Of a stretch of DNA of 64,000 nucleotides, positions 48,328 to 58,448 are shown in pieces. Origin of the DNA: Abditibacterium sp. (GTDB taxonomy: Bacteria > Armatimonadota > Abditibacteriia > Abditibacteriales > Abditibacteriaceae); the NCBI GenBank assembly GCA_965199495.1, contig CBDASK010000003.1, positions 2,368,001-2,432,000 of the forward strand, in the 5' to 3' direction. The notes beneath the pieces were generated by a model. That model had not been told where the DNA came from. It worked only from the letters and a program-made list of their open reading frames with translations, and made no database searches. Both the position numbers and the translations under genes were made by a program. How positions within the stretch are numbered: position 1 is the first letter of the stretch; each line of letters begins with the position of its first letter.

Positions 48328-50190
48328 TTACAACGCCTCGACTTTCACATTTTCGACGGTTCCTTTGAGCGCATTGGGCGCCTTGTAATCGCCAACGGCG
48401 GTGATGGTATCGGCGCCGATGCTCAGTTCGTCGGTCGGTTGCGTCGTGAAAACGCCGGGCGCTGTGCCGGTGGCTGCTGTCGCGCCATTGATTATAAGCG
48501 TCATAGCGCCGTCTTTTTGCAATTGCGCGCGCAACGAAAATTGAGAGGGCGCCGCATCGGGCGCCGCCGCGATGTATAGTTTCCCGTTCTGGCGCACGCT
48601 GAAAATGAGTTTGCCGCCCTGAAGATGCAGCGCGTAACCGTTCTGGACGCCGCCCTGCGCCAGAATCACGCCGTTGTCCCCTTGCCGCGTTACGTTGCAC
48701 GAAATCGTCAACTCTTTTCCAACGATTTGCGGATCGGTCGTGGCTATTCGGCCCGGTTCGCGTTTGCCGCTGCCGGTGCGTTTGGTGAGCGAATCGCCCA
48801 GATCGGCGCGCGCGGTTTCGGCATCTTTTTGCAAACGAGCGACAATTTCGGGATACTTGTCCGAGACATCTTTGGTTTCGCCAATGTCGGCTTTCAGGTC
48901 GTAAAGTTCGGCGCGTTCGATGGTGCCCTTGTCATAAGCCACCGGCTTGCCATCGTCGCGTCCGGCGCGGCCATTGAGCGTGAAATAAGTATGCGGCAAC
49001 TGCAATTTCCAGCGCCCGTCGCCGCTCATGACGGCTTGCAGTTCGTTGTTGCCATAATAAAAATAGTAGGCTTCGTGCGGATTGACCGCGCCCTTTTCGC
49101 CGCTAATTATCGGCCATACATCGAGGCCGTCAATGCGATTTTTGGACATTGTTAGCCCCAGTTTTTTCGCCAGCGTTGGGAATAAATCGAGGTTCATCAA
49201 CATATCGTCGGACGTGGTGCCCGCCGGAATTTGCCCCGGCCAACGCATGATGCACGGCACGCGCGTGCCGCCTTCCCAGTTGGTGTGCTTGCCCTCGCGT
49301 AGCGGCAACGCCGAACCCGCGTGCGTGCCATAGCTCAGCCACGGGCCGTTGTCCGAAGCGAAAATTACGAGGGTATTTTCGTCCAAATGGTTGCGCTTCA
49401 ACGCATCCATGACTTGTCCGACCGACCAATCAATTTCCTCGATGACATCGCCGTAAATGCCGCGCTTGGAATGGCCCTTGAACTGCGCACTGGCAAACAG
49501 CGGGACGTGCGGCATATTGTGCGCGAGATACAGAAAAAACGGTTTGTCTTTGTTGGCATCAATAAAACTCACCGCGCGCTCGGTATAATCCTTGGTGAGA
49601 TGCGTCAAATCATCGGGATGCAAATCGGGATTGATGATCTTCCCATTCTCGATAAGCGGCAGCGACGGATAAGCACCGGGCGTTTCGGGATGACGCGTCC
49701 ACATATCGTGCGAGTAGGGGATGCCGTAATATTGGTCGAATCCGCGTTTGGTCGGCAAAAACTGCGGCGCATCGCCCAGATGCCATTTGCCCATCATTCC
49801 GGTCGCGTAACCCTGATTTTTGAACATCTGCGCGAGCGTCAATTCGTTCTCGTTGATGCCGATTTTGCTGTGCGGCCCCAAAGCGCCCTGAAAGCCGATG
49901 CGATTGGGATAACAACCCGTCAGCAACGAGGCGCGCGACGCGGTGCAAATCGGTTGCGACACATGAAAATCGGTGAAGCGCCGTCCCTCGCGCGCCAGTT
50001 GATCGAGGTTGGGCGTCGTCAAACCCTGCGCGCCAAAACTCCCGACATCCGCGTAACCTTGATCGTCGGTATAGATAATAACGACATTGGCCGGGCGCGG
50101 CGCGGCGTGCGCGGTTTGGGCGGCGGAAAGCGACAACAGCGCCGTGGCTGCTATCGCCGCGTTGGTCGAGTTGAGTTTCGGGATTTTCAT
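48328..50190 (-). CDS. Arylsulfatase-family sulfatase with C-terminal LamG/ConA-like module
   Basis: DDQGY, CTASRASLLTG, GKWHLG, SDNG. Confidence 0.92.
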   Translation of the reverse strand: MKIPKLNSTNAAIAATALLSLSAAQTAHAAPRPANVVIIYTDDQGYADVGSFGAQGLTTPNLDQLAREGRRFTDFHVSQPICTASRASLLTGCYPNRIGFQGALGPHSKIGINENELTLAQMFKNQGYATGMMGKWHLGDAPQFLPTKRGFDQYYGIPYSHDMWTRHPETPGAYPSLPLIENGKIINPDLHPDDLTHLTKDYTERAVSFIDANKDKPFFLYLAHNMPHVPLFASAQFKGHSKRGIYGDVIEEIDWSVGQVMDALKRNHLDENTLVIFASDNGPWLSYGTHAGSALPLREGKHTNWEGGTRVPCIMRWPGQIPAGTTSDDMLMNLDLFPTLAKKLGLTMSKNRIDGLDVWPIISGEKGAVNPHEAYYFYYGNNELQAVMSGDGRWKLQLPHTYFTLNGRAGRDDGKPVAYDKGTIERAELYDLKADIGETKDVSDKYPEIVARLQKDAETARADLGDSLTKRTGSGKREPGRIATTDPQIVGKELTISCNVTRQGDNGVILAQGGVQNGYALHLQGGKLIFSVRQNGKLYIAAAPDAAPSQFSLRAQLQKDGAMTLIINGATAATGTAPGVFTTQPTDELSIGADTITAVGDYKAPNALKGTVENVKVEAL

Positions 50191-50294
50191 TTCGGGTATT
50201 CGGGGGCACCATAATTCGGCGTCTCTACAAAACGGTAGGAAGTTCCATTGCGACAGGCTGGGTAGCGCTCCAACCGTGTAATTCCACAGGGGTA

Positions 50295-50376
50295 ACAGCG
50301 GGGCTGACGCACCCTTCCAATCTTATAATTACCCGCAGAAATTTCGCCGATTGGAAGGGTGCGTCAGCCCCGCTGT
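50295..50376. repeat. GCGGGGCTGACGCAC palindrome
   Basis: 28-bp perfect arms ACAGCGGGGCTGACGCACCCTTCCAATC. Confidence 0.85.
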
Positions 50377-50412
50377 CAAAAATGTAGCTTTCTGTTCAGG
50401 AAAGGTTTTCTT

Positions 50413-51870
50413 CTACTTTTTGCGGCGCACCAAACCGCTGCCCTGATGCTCTTTGGCTTCCATTTCGGTTTTCGCGCCTTCGTCGCCCTGCTGCTTCATC
50501 CACGCGTCCAAAGCCGCGCGCAGACGCGTCAAATTCGCTTTTTGCGCGGGATCGTCGGCCAGGTTCTTCATTTCGTAAGGATCATTTTTCAGATCGTAAA
50601 GCTCGACGGGCGGGCGATGTTGATAACGCTCGACCTGTTCGCGGGCAAAAGCGTCGGTTTGACCTTTTTTGACCCACGACTGGAAACGCGGCGAATTAAC
50701 TTCGGTGTTGGTGAAAGTCGCGTCCGGGTTGAGGTTGAGAATGTATTTCCAATTCTTATCGGCCACGGCGCGGATGCCGTAGGCTTCCGGCCCGCGAATA
50801 ATACCGCGCGAAGTTTCTTCGGCGTAAACATAATCGCGGCCTTTCGTGTCTTGGCCGGTCAGAATATCGGTGATGTCGCGCCCGTCGAGGCCGGGCACGG
50901 GTTTTCCGCCCGCCATCGAAACGAAAGTCGGCACCCAATCCACATATTGACACAATGCGCCGTTGGTCGTGCCCGGCTTGATTTTGGCGGGCCAACGCGC
51001 GATGGTCGCGCTACGAATGCCGACATCATAAAGCGTCCATTTGCCGTGCGGCGGCGAAGAACCCTGTTCGCTCAAAAACACAAACAGCGTATTATTCGCT
51101 TGTCCGGTGCGTTCGATGGCTTGCATTACGCGGCCCACCTGGTCGTCGAGATAAGTGACCTCGGCGTAATAATGCGTCAGCGCGCGTCGCATCACCGGCG
51201 TGTCCACATAATAGGGCGGAATCGTGAGTTTGTCGGCATCATAGGCGCTGGCGTCGCCTTTGTTCCACGGCGTGTGCGGCTCGTGCGCGGCCAAAACCAG
51301 ACAATACGGCTGCGTCTTGTCGCGATCCATGAAACGTTCAGCGCCGTCGTAATCGAGCGGCTTTTCCGCGTCTTCGTTGTCTTCGTCGGTCGCGGTGTCG
51401 CCTTGCGCGGGATATTCAAACGGATAATTTTCTGCTGGCCCAAAGTGCCGTTTGCCGACCAAACCGACGCGATAACCCAACGGTTTGAGATACATCGGCA
51501 GGCTTTTGACATCGTCTTTGACAATCGAATGATTGGGATAGGCGCCGCTTTTGACGGGAAACAATCCGGTATAAAGCGCCTGACGCGTCGGCGAGCAAAC
51601 CGGCGCGGGTGTGTAATCGCCGGTCAGACGCACGCCCTGCGACGCCAACTTGTCTAAATTCGGCGTTTTGACATCGGGATTGCCCCAGCAACCGAGGTCG
51701 AGATAAGTGAGGTCGTCGGCGATCATCACCACGATATTGGGTTTGGCGTTGGTTTGAGTCACGCCGGGTTTGATCGCGGGTTTGAGCGCCGTTTGCGCCG
51801 GAGCCTGACAGGCCGTGAGCGTCAGAGCCATCGGAGCGGCGAGCATCGGAAGAAAAGAGGTGGGTTTCAT
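50413..51870 (-). CDS. Sulfatase (N-sulfoglucosamine sulfohydrolase-like), probable lipoprotein
   Basis: IADDL, CSPTRQALYTG, GKRH, EPHTPW; lipobox LTAC. Confidence 0.88.
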   Translation of the reverse strand: MKPTSFLPMLAAPMALTLTACQAPAQTALKPAIKPGVTQTNAKPNIVVMIADDLTYLDLGCWGNPDVKTPNLDKLASQGVRLTGDYTPAPVCSPTRQALYTGLFPVKSGAYPNHSIVKDDVKSLPMYLKPLGYRVGLVGKRHFGPAENYPFEYPAQGDTATDEDNEDAEKPLDYDGAERFMDRDKTQPYCLVLAAHEPHTPWNKGDASAYDADKLTIPPYYVDTPVMRRALTHYYAEVTYLDDQVGRVMQAIERTGQANNTLFVFLSEQGSSPPHGKWTLYDVGIRSATIARWPAKIKPGTTNGALCQYVDWVPTFVSMAGGKPVPGLDGRDITDILTGQDTKGRDYVYAEETSRGIIRGPEAYGIRAVADKNWKYILNLNPDATFTNTEVNSPRFQSWVKKGQTDAFAREQVERYQHRPPVELYDLKNDPYEMKNLADDPAQKANLTRLRAALDAWMKQQGDEGAKTEMEAKEHQGSGLVRRKK

Positions 51871-51952
51871 GGGAGAAGATTTCAAAGTTTTTGTGTCTGG
51901 GTTGTTTAACTCGCCAGCGATTTATCGTGCGACGAAAGAACGCGGTTTCGCC

Positions 51953-54079
51953 TTACTTCAGTTCGACGATGACTTTTTGCAAATCGCCCTGAAACGCGTT
52001 GTCGCGGGTGTAGTTGCCCACTTGTCCGGCTTCGTCGCGCCCCACTTGCAGGCCATCGGTTGGCATCATCAACAGCGGTTTGGGCGCCTGTCCCTGCGCG
52101 ACGGTTTTTCCGGCGACGCGCAGCGTCAGGGCGCCGGTTTTGGAAAGCGTCGCGCCGACTTGAATCGGCCCCGCCGGGAGCGCGTCGGGCGCCGTCAAGG
52201 TCGTCAGCTTGCCGTCGCTTCGCAGCGCGACTGCCAATTTGCCTGCGCTCACGTAAAGCGCGAGTCCGTCTTGCGAGCCGCCCTGCGCGACCAAAACGCC
52301 GTCACCGCTTCGCGCGCCCAGTTGCGCGCTGATTTCAACGTCGCGCTCCGCGATGCGCGGCGCTCGCTCGCGCGGCAAAGTGGCGCCGGGCCGCAAATCG
52401 AACGAGGCGGCGTGGCTGCCCGCGTCGTTGGCCGATTCCCGCGTGACATCGCCCCAATCGGCGCGGCGCGGCCCCGTCCATTGGTCAACATGGGACGACT
52501 TGGCCCACGCGTCCCACTGCGCGCCCATTTTGGCGACCAACTTCGGTTGCTGTTTCACCAAATCGTGCTGCTCGGTGCGGTCGGCCTCCACGTCATAAAG
52601 TTCCCACGGATCGAGATATTTGGAAACCAGCTTCCACTTTCCATTGCGCACGCCGCGATTGCCTTCGTGTTCCCAGAAAATCGGTTTGGAGCGCGCCTGT
52701 TTTTTGCCCGCGAAATCGGGAATTAGACTTACGCCGTCCATCGGATAAATTTGGTGGCCGTTATAAGTCGTCGGATATTTGGCGCCGGTCACGGCCAAAA
52801 CCGTCGGCATAATGTCCACAAAATGGCCCGGCTGTTTTTCCAATTGCCCGTTGCGCGACTTCGGAATGCCATCGGGCCAGTGCGCGATAAGCGGCGTCGA
52901 AATGCCGCCTTCGTGGATGAAATGTTTGTAGCGCCGAAACGGCGTATTGCTGAGCGTCGCCCAGTCCATGCCCTCGAAAACATTCGATTGCGGCCCGCCC
53001 AATGGGTCGCCCTGCGCGATGCCGCGCGGCCCACTTTCGGCGTTGCCGCCGTTGTCGGACATGAACAGAATCAGCGTGTTATCGTAAACGCCGCGTTTTT
53101 TCAGGCCGTCCACCAACATTCCGACGCTCTTGTCCATGTCGCTCACCATCGCCGCGTAAACCGACATAATGCCGTCGAACCGTTCTTTTTCGGCGTCATC
53201 GAGCGTGTCCCACGCGGGCGTCGCGGGCGGGCGCGCCGAAAGCGGCCACTTCGGATCAATCAGACCCATCTGAATTTGGCGCTGATAACGCGCCGCGCGC
53301 AATTTGTCCCAGCCGACCAGATATTTGCCCTTAAATTTGGCGATGTCCGCTTGCGGCGCCATCAACGGAAAGTGCGGCGCGCAGAAAGGCAGATACAAAA
53401 AGAACGGTTTTTTCGCTTGCTGAGCCTCGTCAATGAACCGCAAACCGAAATCTTTGAAAAGGGTAGTCGAATACCAATTTTCGCCTAATTTTGGCGAATC
53501 GAGCGGCAACTCTTCGCCGTTGAGCGCCAGAGGATTATTCGGCTCTGGTTTTTGGTCGGGGAAATAAATGGCGCCGTGCATGGAACTCAAGCTGCGGTCG
53601 AAGCCGCGTTTCCACGGCGGCGTGCCGTGCGTCTGGCCCATGTGCCATTTGCCACTCATCGCGGTGAAATAACCGGCGGGTTGCAGCGCCTCGCCAATGG
53701 TCACGGCGCGGTCGCTCAAGCGCCCGGTTGTGCCCTCGGAATCTTTGATAACCAGTGGCTCCAAATATCCCAGACCCGCGCGATGCGGATAAAGCCCGGT
53801 GATGAGCGAAGCGCGCGAAGGGCTGCACCGCGCGGTATTGTAAAACTGCGTAAAGCGCAGTCCGGTCGCCGCCAGATTGTCGAGATTGGGCGTGGGAATT
53901 TCGCTGCCATAACAACCGATGTCCGACCAACCCATATCGTCCACCAAAATCACCACAACATTGGGCCGCGCGGCGGGTGCAGCCACGGCGGGTTGCGCGG
54001 CGATGGCAACCGCGCCCAAAGCGGTGACGCCCGTCGCGAGAGTGGCCGCGCGCTGAGTGAGGTTCAAACGTTTTTTCAT
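51953..54079 (-). CDS. Arylsulfatase with C-terminal LamG/ConA-like module
   Basis: DDMGWSD, CSPSRASLITG, GKWHMG, APHFPL, FWEHEGN. Confidence 0.92.
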   Translation of the reverse strand: MKKRLNLTQRAATLATGVTALGAVAIAAQPAVAAPAARPNVVVILVDDMGWSDIGCYGSEIPTPNLDNLAATGLRFTQFYNTARCSPSRASLITGLYPHRAGLGYLEPLVIKDSEGTTGRLSDRAVTIGEALQPAGYFTAMSGKWHMGQTHGTPPWKRGFDRSLSSMHGAIYFPDQKPEPNNPLALNGEELPLDSPKLGENWYSTTLFKDFGLRFIDEAQQAKKPFFLYLPFCAPHFPLMAPQADIAKFKGKYLVGWDKLRAARYQRQIQMGLIDPKWPLSARPPATPAWDTLDDAEKERFDGIMSVYAAMVSDMDKSVGMLVDGLKKRGVYDNTLILFMSDNGGNAESGPRGIAQGDPLGGPQSNVFEGMDWATLSNTPFRRYKHFIHEGGISTPLIAHWPDGIPKSRNGQLEKQPGHFVDIMPTVLAVTGAKYPTTYNGHQIYPMDGVSLIPDFAGKKQARSKPIFWEHEGNRGVRNGKWKLVSKYLDPWELYDVEADRTEQHDLVKQQPKLVAKMGAQWDAWAKSSHVDQWTGPRRADWGDVTRESANDAGSHAASFDLRPGATLPRERAPRIAERDVEISAQLGARSGDGVLVAQGGSQDGLALYVSAGKLAVALRSDGKLTTLTAPDALPAGPIQVGATLSKTGALTLRVAGKTVAQGQAPKPLLMMPTDGLQVGRDEAGQVGNYTRDNAFQGDLQKVIVELK

Positions 54080-54143
54080 GGGAATTTTTATCGTAAGTTG
54101 AAGGAAAGCAACCCACCTTGAATTGGATATTACATCTCGACAG

Positions 54144-54323
54144 CGGGGCTGACGCACACCGAATTGAGCGTGAATCGTAGGGTCACCGGCTTGCCGTGAC
54201 CGCAAAGTCACGGCTTCAGGTCAAGCCCAAGTTCTTGCCAAACAACAAAGTCAATTGACCTTTGCGGTCACGGCAAGCCGGTGACCCTACGATTCACGCT
54301 CAATTCGGTGTGCGTCAGCCCCG
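54144..54323. repeat. Composite palindrome: GTAG-type doublet inside GGGGCTGACGCAC arms
   Basis: 64-bp perfect arms 54144-54207 and 54260-54323. Confidence 0.85.
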
Positions 54324-56126
54324 TTACTGCGCCACAATTTTTACGTTTTCGATTACACCTGCGAGCGGATGCGGCGCCGTATAATCGCCGACCGCGAATT
54401 GCGTGTCTTGCCCGATGCTGAGTCCTTCGGCGGGCTGTTTCTTAATCGGCCCCGCCGCCTGCGCGCGCGCCACGATTGTTCCGTTAATTGCCAACGTCAT
54501 CGCGCCGTCTTTGCCCAAATGCGCTTCAATCGAGAACTTCCTCGTCGCCGCCTCGGTCGCCGTGGCTGTTACGAGCGTCCGGCTTTCGCGGACGCCGAAA
54601 ACCGGTTTGCCCCCCGCCAAATACAACGCGTAACCGATTTGATTGCCGCCCTGCGCCACAATCACGCCGTCTTTGGCGTCAGTCGTCACGTCAGCCGTGA
54701 TGGTCAGGTCTTTGCCCGCGATTTCCGGCGAGGCCACCGGATCGGGATCGGTCAGCAAATGCGATTTGCCGTAGACGATGCCCTTGTCGCCTTCGGCAGT
54801 CATCCACGATTCTAATTCTTGGTGCAAATCGCTTTTAACTTTTGCATATTGCGGGTCTGCGGCCAAATTGTGCAGTTCGTTGGGGTCGGCTTGAATATCG
54901 TAAAGCTCTTCGGCGGGCCGCTCGTGGTAGCGATGCACGAGCGCGGCGGCGAGCGGATCGGTCTTGGCGGCTTCGAGCCACGTCGGCCAATACGGATCGG
55001 TTTGGGTGTCGGCCTTGAGGTCTATATGCGTGCGAAACGCGAATTCGGGGTGCAGGTTGAGAATGTATTTCCAGCGATTGGTACGCACGCTGCGCATCGG
55101 GTAAACGTTGATGTCGCCGTCGCCGCTGTGCGTGGCGAAAATCATATCGCGTCCCTTGCTTTTAGGGTCGAGCAAAATCGGTAGCATCGAGCGCCCGTCC
55201 AATCCGGGCGGCGGATTGCCACCGGCGATTTGAACTAAAGTCGGCAAAATATCCACCCAATCCACCATTGAATCGGTGCGCTGGCCGGGTTTGATAACAC
55301 CCGGCCACGTCGCGATCATCGGCACGCGAATGCCTTCGTCGTAGAGATTCCACTTGCTAAACGGCCACTGCGCACCCTGGTCGCTCGAATGCAAAAAGAA
55401 CATATTGGAGCCAAATTTCGCGCGCGACGCATCGTAAACTTCGCCCAATTCGGTGTCGAATCGTTTAATCGCGGCGTAATAACGCGTGCGCCACTGGCGC
55501 GTGGCTGGCGTATCGAGCAACGTTGGCGGTAACTTAACTTTGGCGGCATCGAAGCCTTCGCCGGTTTCGGGCCACGGGACGTGCGGCCAGTTGGTGCCCA
55601 CAAAAAACGCCAACGGCTTGGTGCTTTTGCGGTTTTTCAGCCATTCGATAGCGGCGGGAATCGCTTCGTCGTCGTGATAGCCGGTGTGTTCCGCGACATC
55701 GAAACCGTATTTTTTGGTGAAGTTGTAATGGCCGACCTTGCCAAACGCCACGACTTCGTAGCCCTGCTCGTGCAGGTAGGCGGGCATCAGCTTGATGTCG
55801 GAATGGGGCGAAGTTTGGTTTGGTTCGGCGCCGTTGCGCGCGGGCATCAGGCCGCTCAGCATGGCGCCGCGACTGGGCGCGCACGTCGGCGAAGCCGCAA
55901 ACGCGCGATTGAACGTCAAACCCGCCGCGCTGATGCGCTGCATATTGGGCGTCTGCACATCGGTCGCGCCATAAACCGTCGAATCGCGCAGGCTGTGATC
56001 GTCGGAAATGAAAAAGACGATGTTGGGTTTGACCGGAAGTTTGGGTGCCGGAGCGGATTGCGCGCAGGAAGCGGCTGTCGCTGTCGCACTGAGAGCAAAT
56101 AGGCCGCGAAAAAGTGTTTTGTTCAT
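54324..56126 (-). CDS. Sulfatase (sulfamidase-like) with C-terminal LamG/ConA-like module
   Basis: ISDDH, CAPSRGAMLSG, GKVGH, PHVPW; lipobox-like AASC. Confidence 0.88.
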   Translation of the reverse strand: MNKTLFRGLFALSATATAASCAQSAPAPKLPVKPNIVFFISDDHSLRDSTVYGATDVQTPNMQRISAAGLTFNRAFAASPTCAPSRGAMLSGLMPARNGAEPNQTSPHSDIKLMPAYLHEQGYEVVAFGKVGHYNFTKKYGFDVAEHTGYHDDEAIPAAIEWLKNRKSTKPLAFFVGTNWPHVPWPETGEGFDAAKVKLPPTLLDTPATRQWRTRYYAAIKRFDTELGEVYDASRAKFGSNMFFLHSSDQGAQWPFSKWNLYDEGIRVPMIATWPGVIKPGQRTDSMVDWVDILPTLVQIAGGNPPPGLDGRSMLPILLDPKSKGRDMIFATHSGDGDINVYPMRSVRTNRWKYILNLHPEFAFRTHIDLKADTQTDPYWPTWLEAAKTDPLAAALVHRYHERPAEELYDIQADPNELHNLAADPQYAKVKSDLHQELESWMTAEGDKGIVYGKSHLLTDPDPVASPEIAGKDLTITADVTTDAKDGVIVAQGGNQIGYALYLAGGKPVFGVRESRTLVTATATEAATRKFSIEAHLGKDGAMTLAINGTIVARAQAAGPIKKQPAEGLSIGQDTQFAVGDYTAPHPLAGVIENVKIVAQ

Positions 56127-56192
56127 GGAGATTTAAGCGATTGTCTCGGTTGTTTTGATTTTGGGGCTTTCAAAGCGGAGGGGAATTGGCCA

Positions 56193-56348
56193 TTTTCCCT
56201 CACCCTAACCCTCTCCCGGAGGGAGAAGGAACACAACGACGAAAGTTAAAGTTGCGACGAACTGACTTAATAAGCAAGTTCATCGAAACTCCAACTTGCT
56301 CGAACGTAGTTCCTTCTCCCTCCGGGAGAGGGTTAGGGTGAGGGAAAA
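56193..56348. repeat. CCCTCACCCTAACCCTCTCCC palindrome
   Basis: 40-bp arms; relative of the 5882 element. Confidence 0.85.
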
Positions 56349-56364
56349 ACCTTCAATTTCCCCT

Positions 56365-58368
56365 TCACTCCGCCACAATTTTCACGTTCTCGACTGTTCC
56401 CGCCAACCGATTGGGCGCCCGATAATCGCCGACGGCGCCGCGCGTGTCCTGGCCGATACTGAGTTCGTCTTTGGGCTGAACTTTGATGAGACTCGGCGCC
56501 TTCGCGCGCGCCACAATTTTTCCGCCCACGCTCAAAATCATCGCGCCGTCTTTTTGCAATTGCGCCTCAACTGAAAACTTGCCGCCCAGCGCGTCGGGCG
56601 CCGTGGTTGTTGTCAGCACGCCGTTTTCGCGCACGCTGAAAATCAATTTGCCCTCCGCCAAATGCAACGCGTAACCGGCCTGTGCGCCGCCCTGCGCCAG
56701 AATCACGCCGCTTTGCGCAGTCGTCGTTACGTCGCAACGAATGTCCAGCGTTTTACCGGCGATTTGCGGCGTCGCCACCGATGCAGCCACGTCGCCCGCG
56801 TCGGGCGCTTCTTCATCTTCGGCGGCGTTGGCCGGGCCGTTTGGCATCGGGAAAACATGAACGCGCGCGGCCCATTTGTCCCAACTCGCCGCCATCTGCG
56901 TTGCGCGCGCGGGTTGCGCGCCGATCAAGTCGTGCATTTCGGAACGATCTTTCGACAAATCATACAATTCCCATTTCGGCGGCTGATTGCGGTTGCCCGC
57001 CGAAACCAACTTCCAATTGCCCTCGATAACCGCGCGATTGCCTTCGTGTTCCCAGAACAAAGGCGCGCGATTTAACGGTTTGTTCTCGAACGCGGGCACC
57101 AAACTTGTGCCTTCCATCGGCGGAATTTTATGTCCGTGGTAAGTTGTCGGATAAGTCGCGCCCGCGACATCGGCGAAGGTCGCCATGAAATCCATCACGT
57201 TGCCGATTTGCCCGTTCCACCCTCCGCCGCCTTGGATGCGCGCGGGCCAATGCGCGATCATCGGCGTGGCGATGCCGCCTTCGTGCGTCCAATGTTTATA
57301 CAACCGAAACGGCGTATTCGACAAATTCGCCCACGGCACGCCATAACTCGCGCCTTCGTGACAGGCGCCGTTATCCGACAGAAAAATCAGTAATGTATTG
57401 TTGTATTGACCGCTTTTTTTCAACGCGCTCACGATTTTGCCGACGCCCTGATCCATCGAATCCACCATCGCGGCGTAGGTCTCCATTTTTCGCAGCAGTT
57501 CGGCTTTGCCCGGCGTCGTCGCCCAATCGCGTTCGTGCGGCGACAAATCCCACGAAGGTTCGAGCAAACCCATTTTTATCATGCGCTCGTAACGCTGTTG
57601 TCTCAAAACGTCCCAACCCGCGTCGAATTTTCCTTTGTATTTGGCGAGGTCGGCGGGTTTGGCCTGGAGCGGCCAATGCGGCGCGTTATAAGAAACGTAG
57701 AAGAAAAACGGCTTGTTTTTCGGCTGCGCCTCGATAGTTTTCGCCGTGTAATCGCTAAAAGCGTCGGTCGTATAATAATCGTCGCCCGGCTTGGGCAAAC
57801 GCTGGTTGCCCTTGGTCAAAGTCGCCGGATGAAAATAGTTATCCGCGCCCGCGATAATGCCATAATAATCGTCGAAACCGCGTTGCAAAGGCCAGTTCGC
57901 TTTGCCTGCCTCAGTTTTGGGATTATTATGCTCGAACGTCGTTAAGTGCCATTTGCCGGTCGCATAAGTCGAGTAACCGGCGCCTTTGAGCATTTCGGCG
58001 AGCGTGACGCATTGATTGTTCAATTCGCCCTGATACGCGGGCAAACCCAAATCGTAATTCATGCCGCCGATGCCCGCCTGATGCGGATACAAACCGGTCA
58101 TCAGCGCGGCGCGCGTCGGGCAACAGCGCGCCTCGTTGGTGAAGCGCGTGAATCGCACGCCTTCGCGCGCGATTTGGTCAATGTTGGGCGTCCCAATTTC
58201 GCCGCCATAACAGCCGATGTCGGAAAATCCCATATCGTCGGCCATAATCAACACGATATTGGGACGCGGCGCGCGCGGCGCGACCGGCGCGTTTTGGGCC
58301 GTCGCGCAACTGGAAGTGAGCGCCAAACCTGAGAATGCGAGACTTTTGCAAAGCAATTGTTTTATCAT
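56365..58368 (-). CDS. Arylsulfatase with C-terminal LamG/ConA-like module
   Basis: DDMGFSD, CCPTRAALMTG, GKWHL, APHWPL. Confidence 0.92.
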   Translation of the reverse strand: MIKQLLCKSLAFSGLALTSSCATAQNAPVAPRAPRPNIVLIMADDMGFSDIGCYGGEIGTPNIDQIAREGVRFTRFTNEARCCPTRAALMTGLYPHQAGIGGMNYDLGLPAYQGELNNQCVTLAEMLKGAGYSTYATGKWHLTTFEHNNPKTEAGKANWPLQRGFDDYYGIIAGADNYFHPATLTKGNQRLPKPGDDYYTTDAFSDYTAKTIEAQPKNKPFFFYVSYNAPHWPLQAKPADLAKYKGKFDAGWDVLRQQRYERMIKMGLLEPSWDLSPHERDWATTPGKAELLRKMETYAAMVDSMDQGVGKIVSALKKSGQYNNTLLIFLSDNGACHEGASYGVPWANLSNTPFRLYKHWTHEGGIATPMIAHWPARIQGGGGWNGQIGNVMDFMATFADVAGATYPTTYHGHKIPPMEGTSLVPAFENKPLNRAPLFWEHEGNRAVIEGNWKLVSAGNRNQPPKWELYDLSKDRSEMHDLIGAQPARATQMAASWDKWAARVHVFPMPNGPANAAEDEEAPDAGDVAASVATPQIAGKTLDIRCDVTTTAQSGVILAQGGAQAGYALHLAEGKLIFSVRENGVLTTTTAPDALGGKFSVEAQLQKDGAMILSVGGKIVARAKAPSLIKVQPKDELSIGQDTRGAVGDYRAPNRLAGTVENVKIVAE

Positions 58369-58393
58369 CTGTGAGCGGTTGTGTTGACTTTAA

Positions 58394-58443
58394 AAACAAA
58401 GGGGAGAAATGCGTTTCGCAAAACGCATTTCTCCCCTTTGTTT
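58394..58443 (-). terminator. Strong hairpin/terminator between sulfatase genes
   Basis: AAACAAAGGGGAGAAATGCGTTT-CGCA-AAACGCATTTCTCCCCTTTGTTT. Confidence 0.7.
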
Positions 58444-58448
58444 CAAAC

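Noticed and set aside
50359..51657. 432-aa plus-strand ORF and similar long antisense ORFs across the window
   Set aside because: Opposite well-supported genes; expected from GC-rich codon bias.
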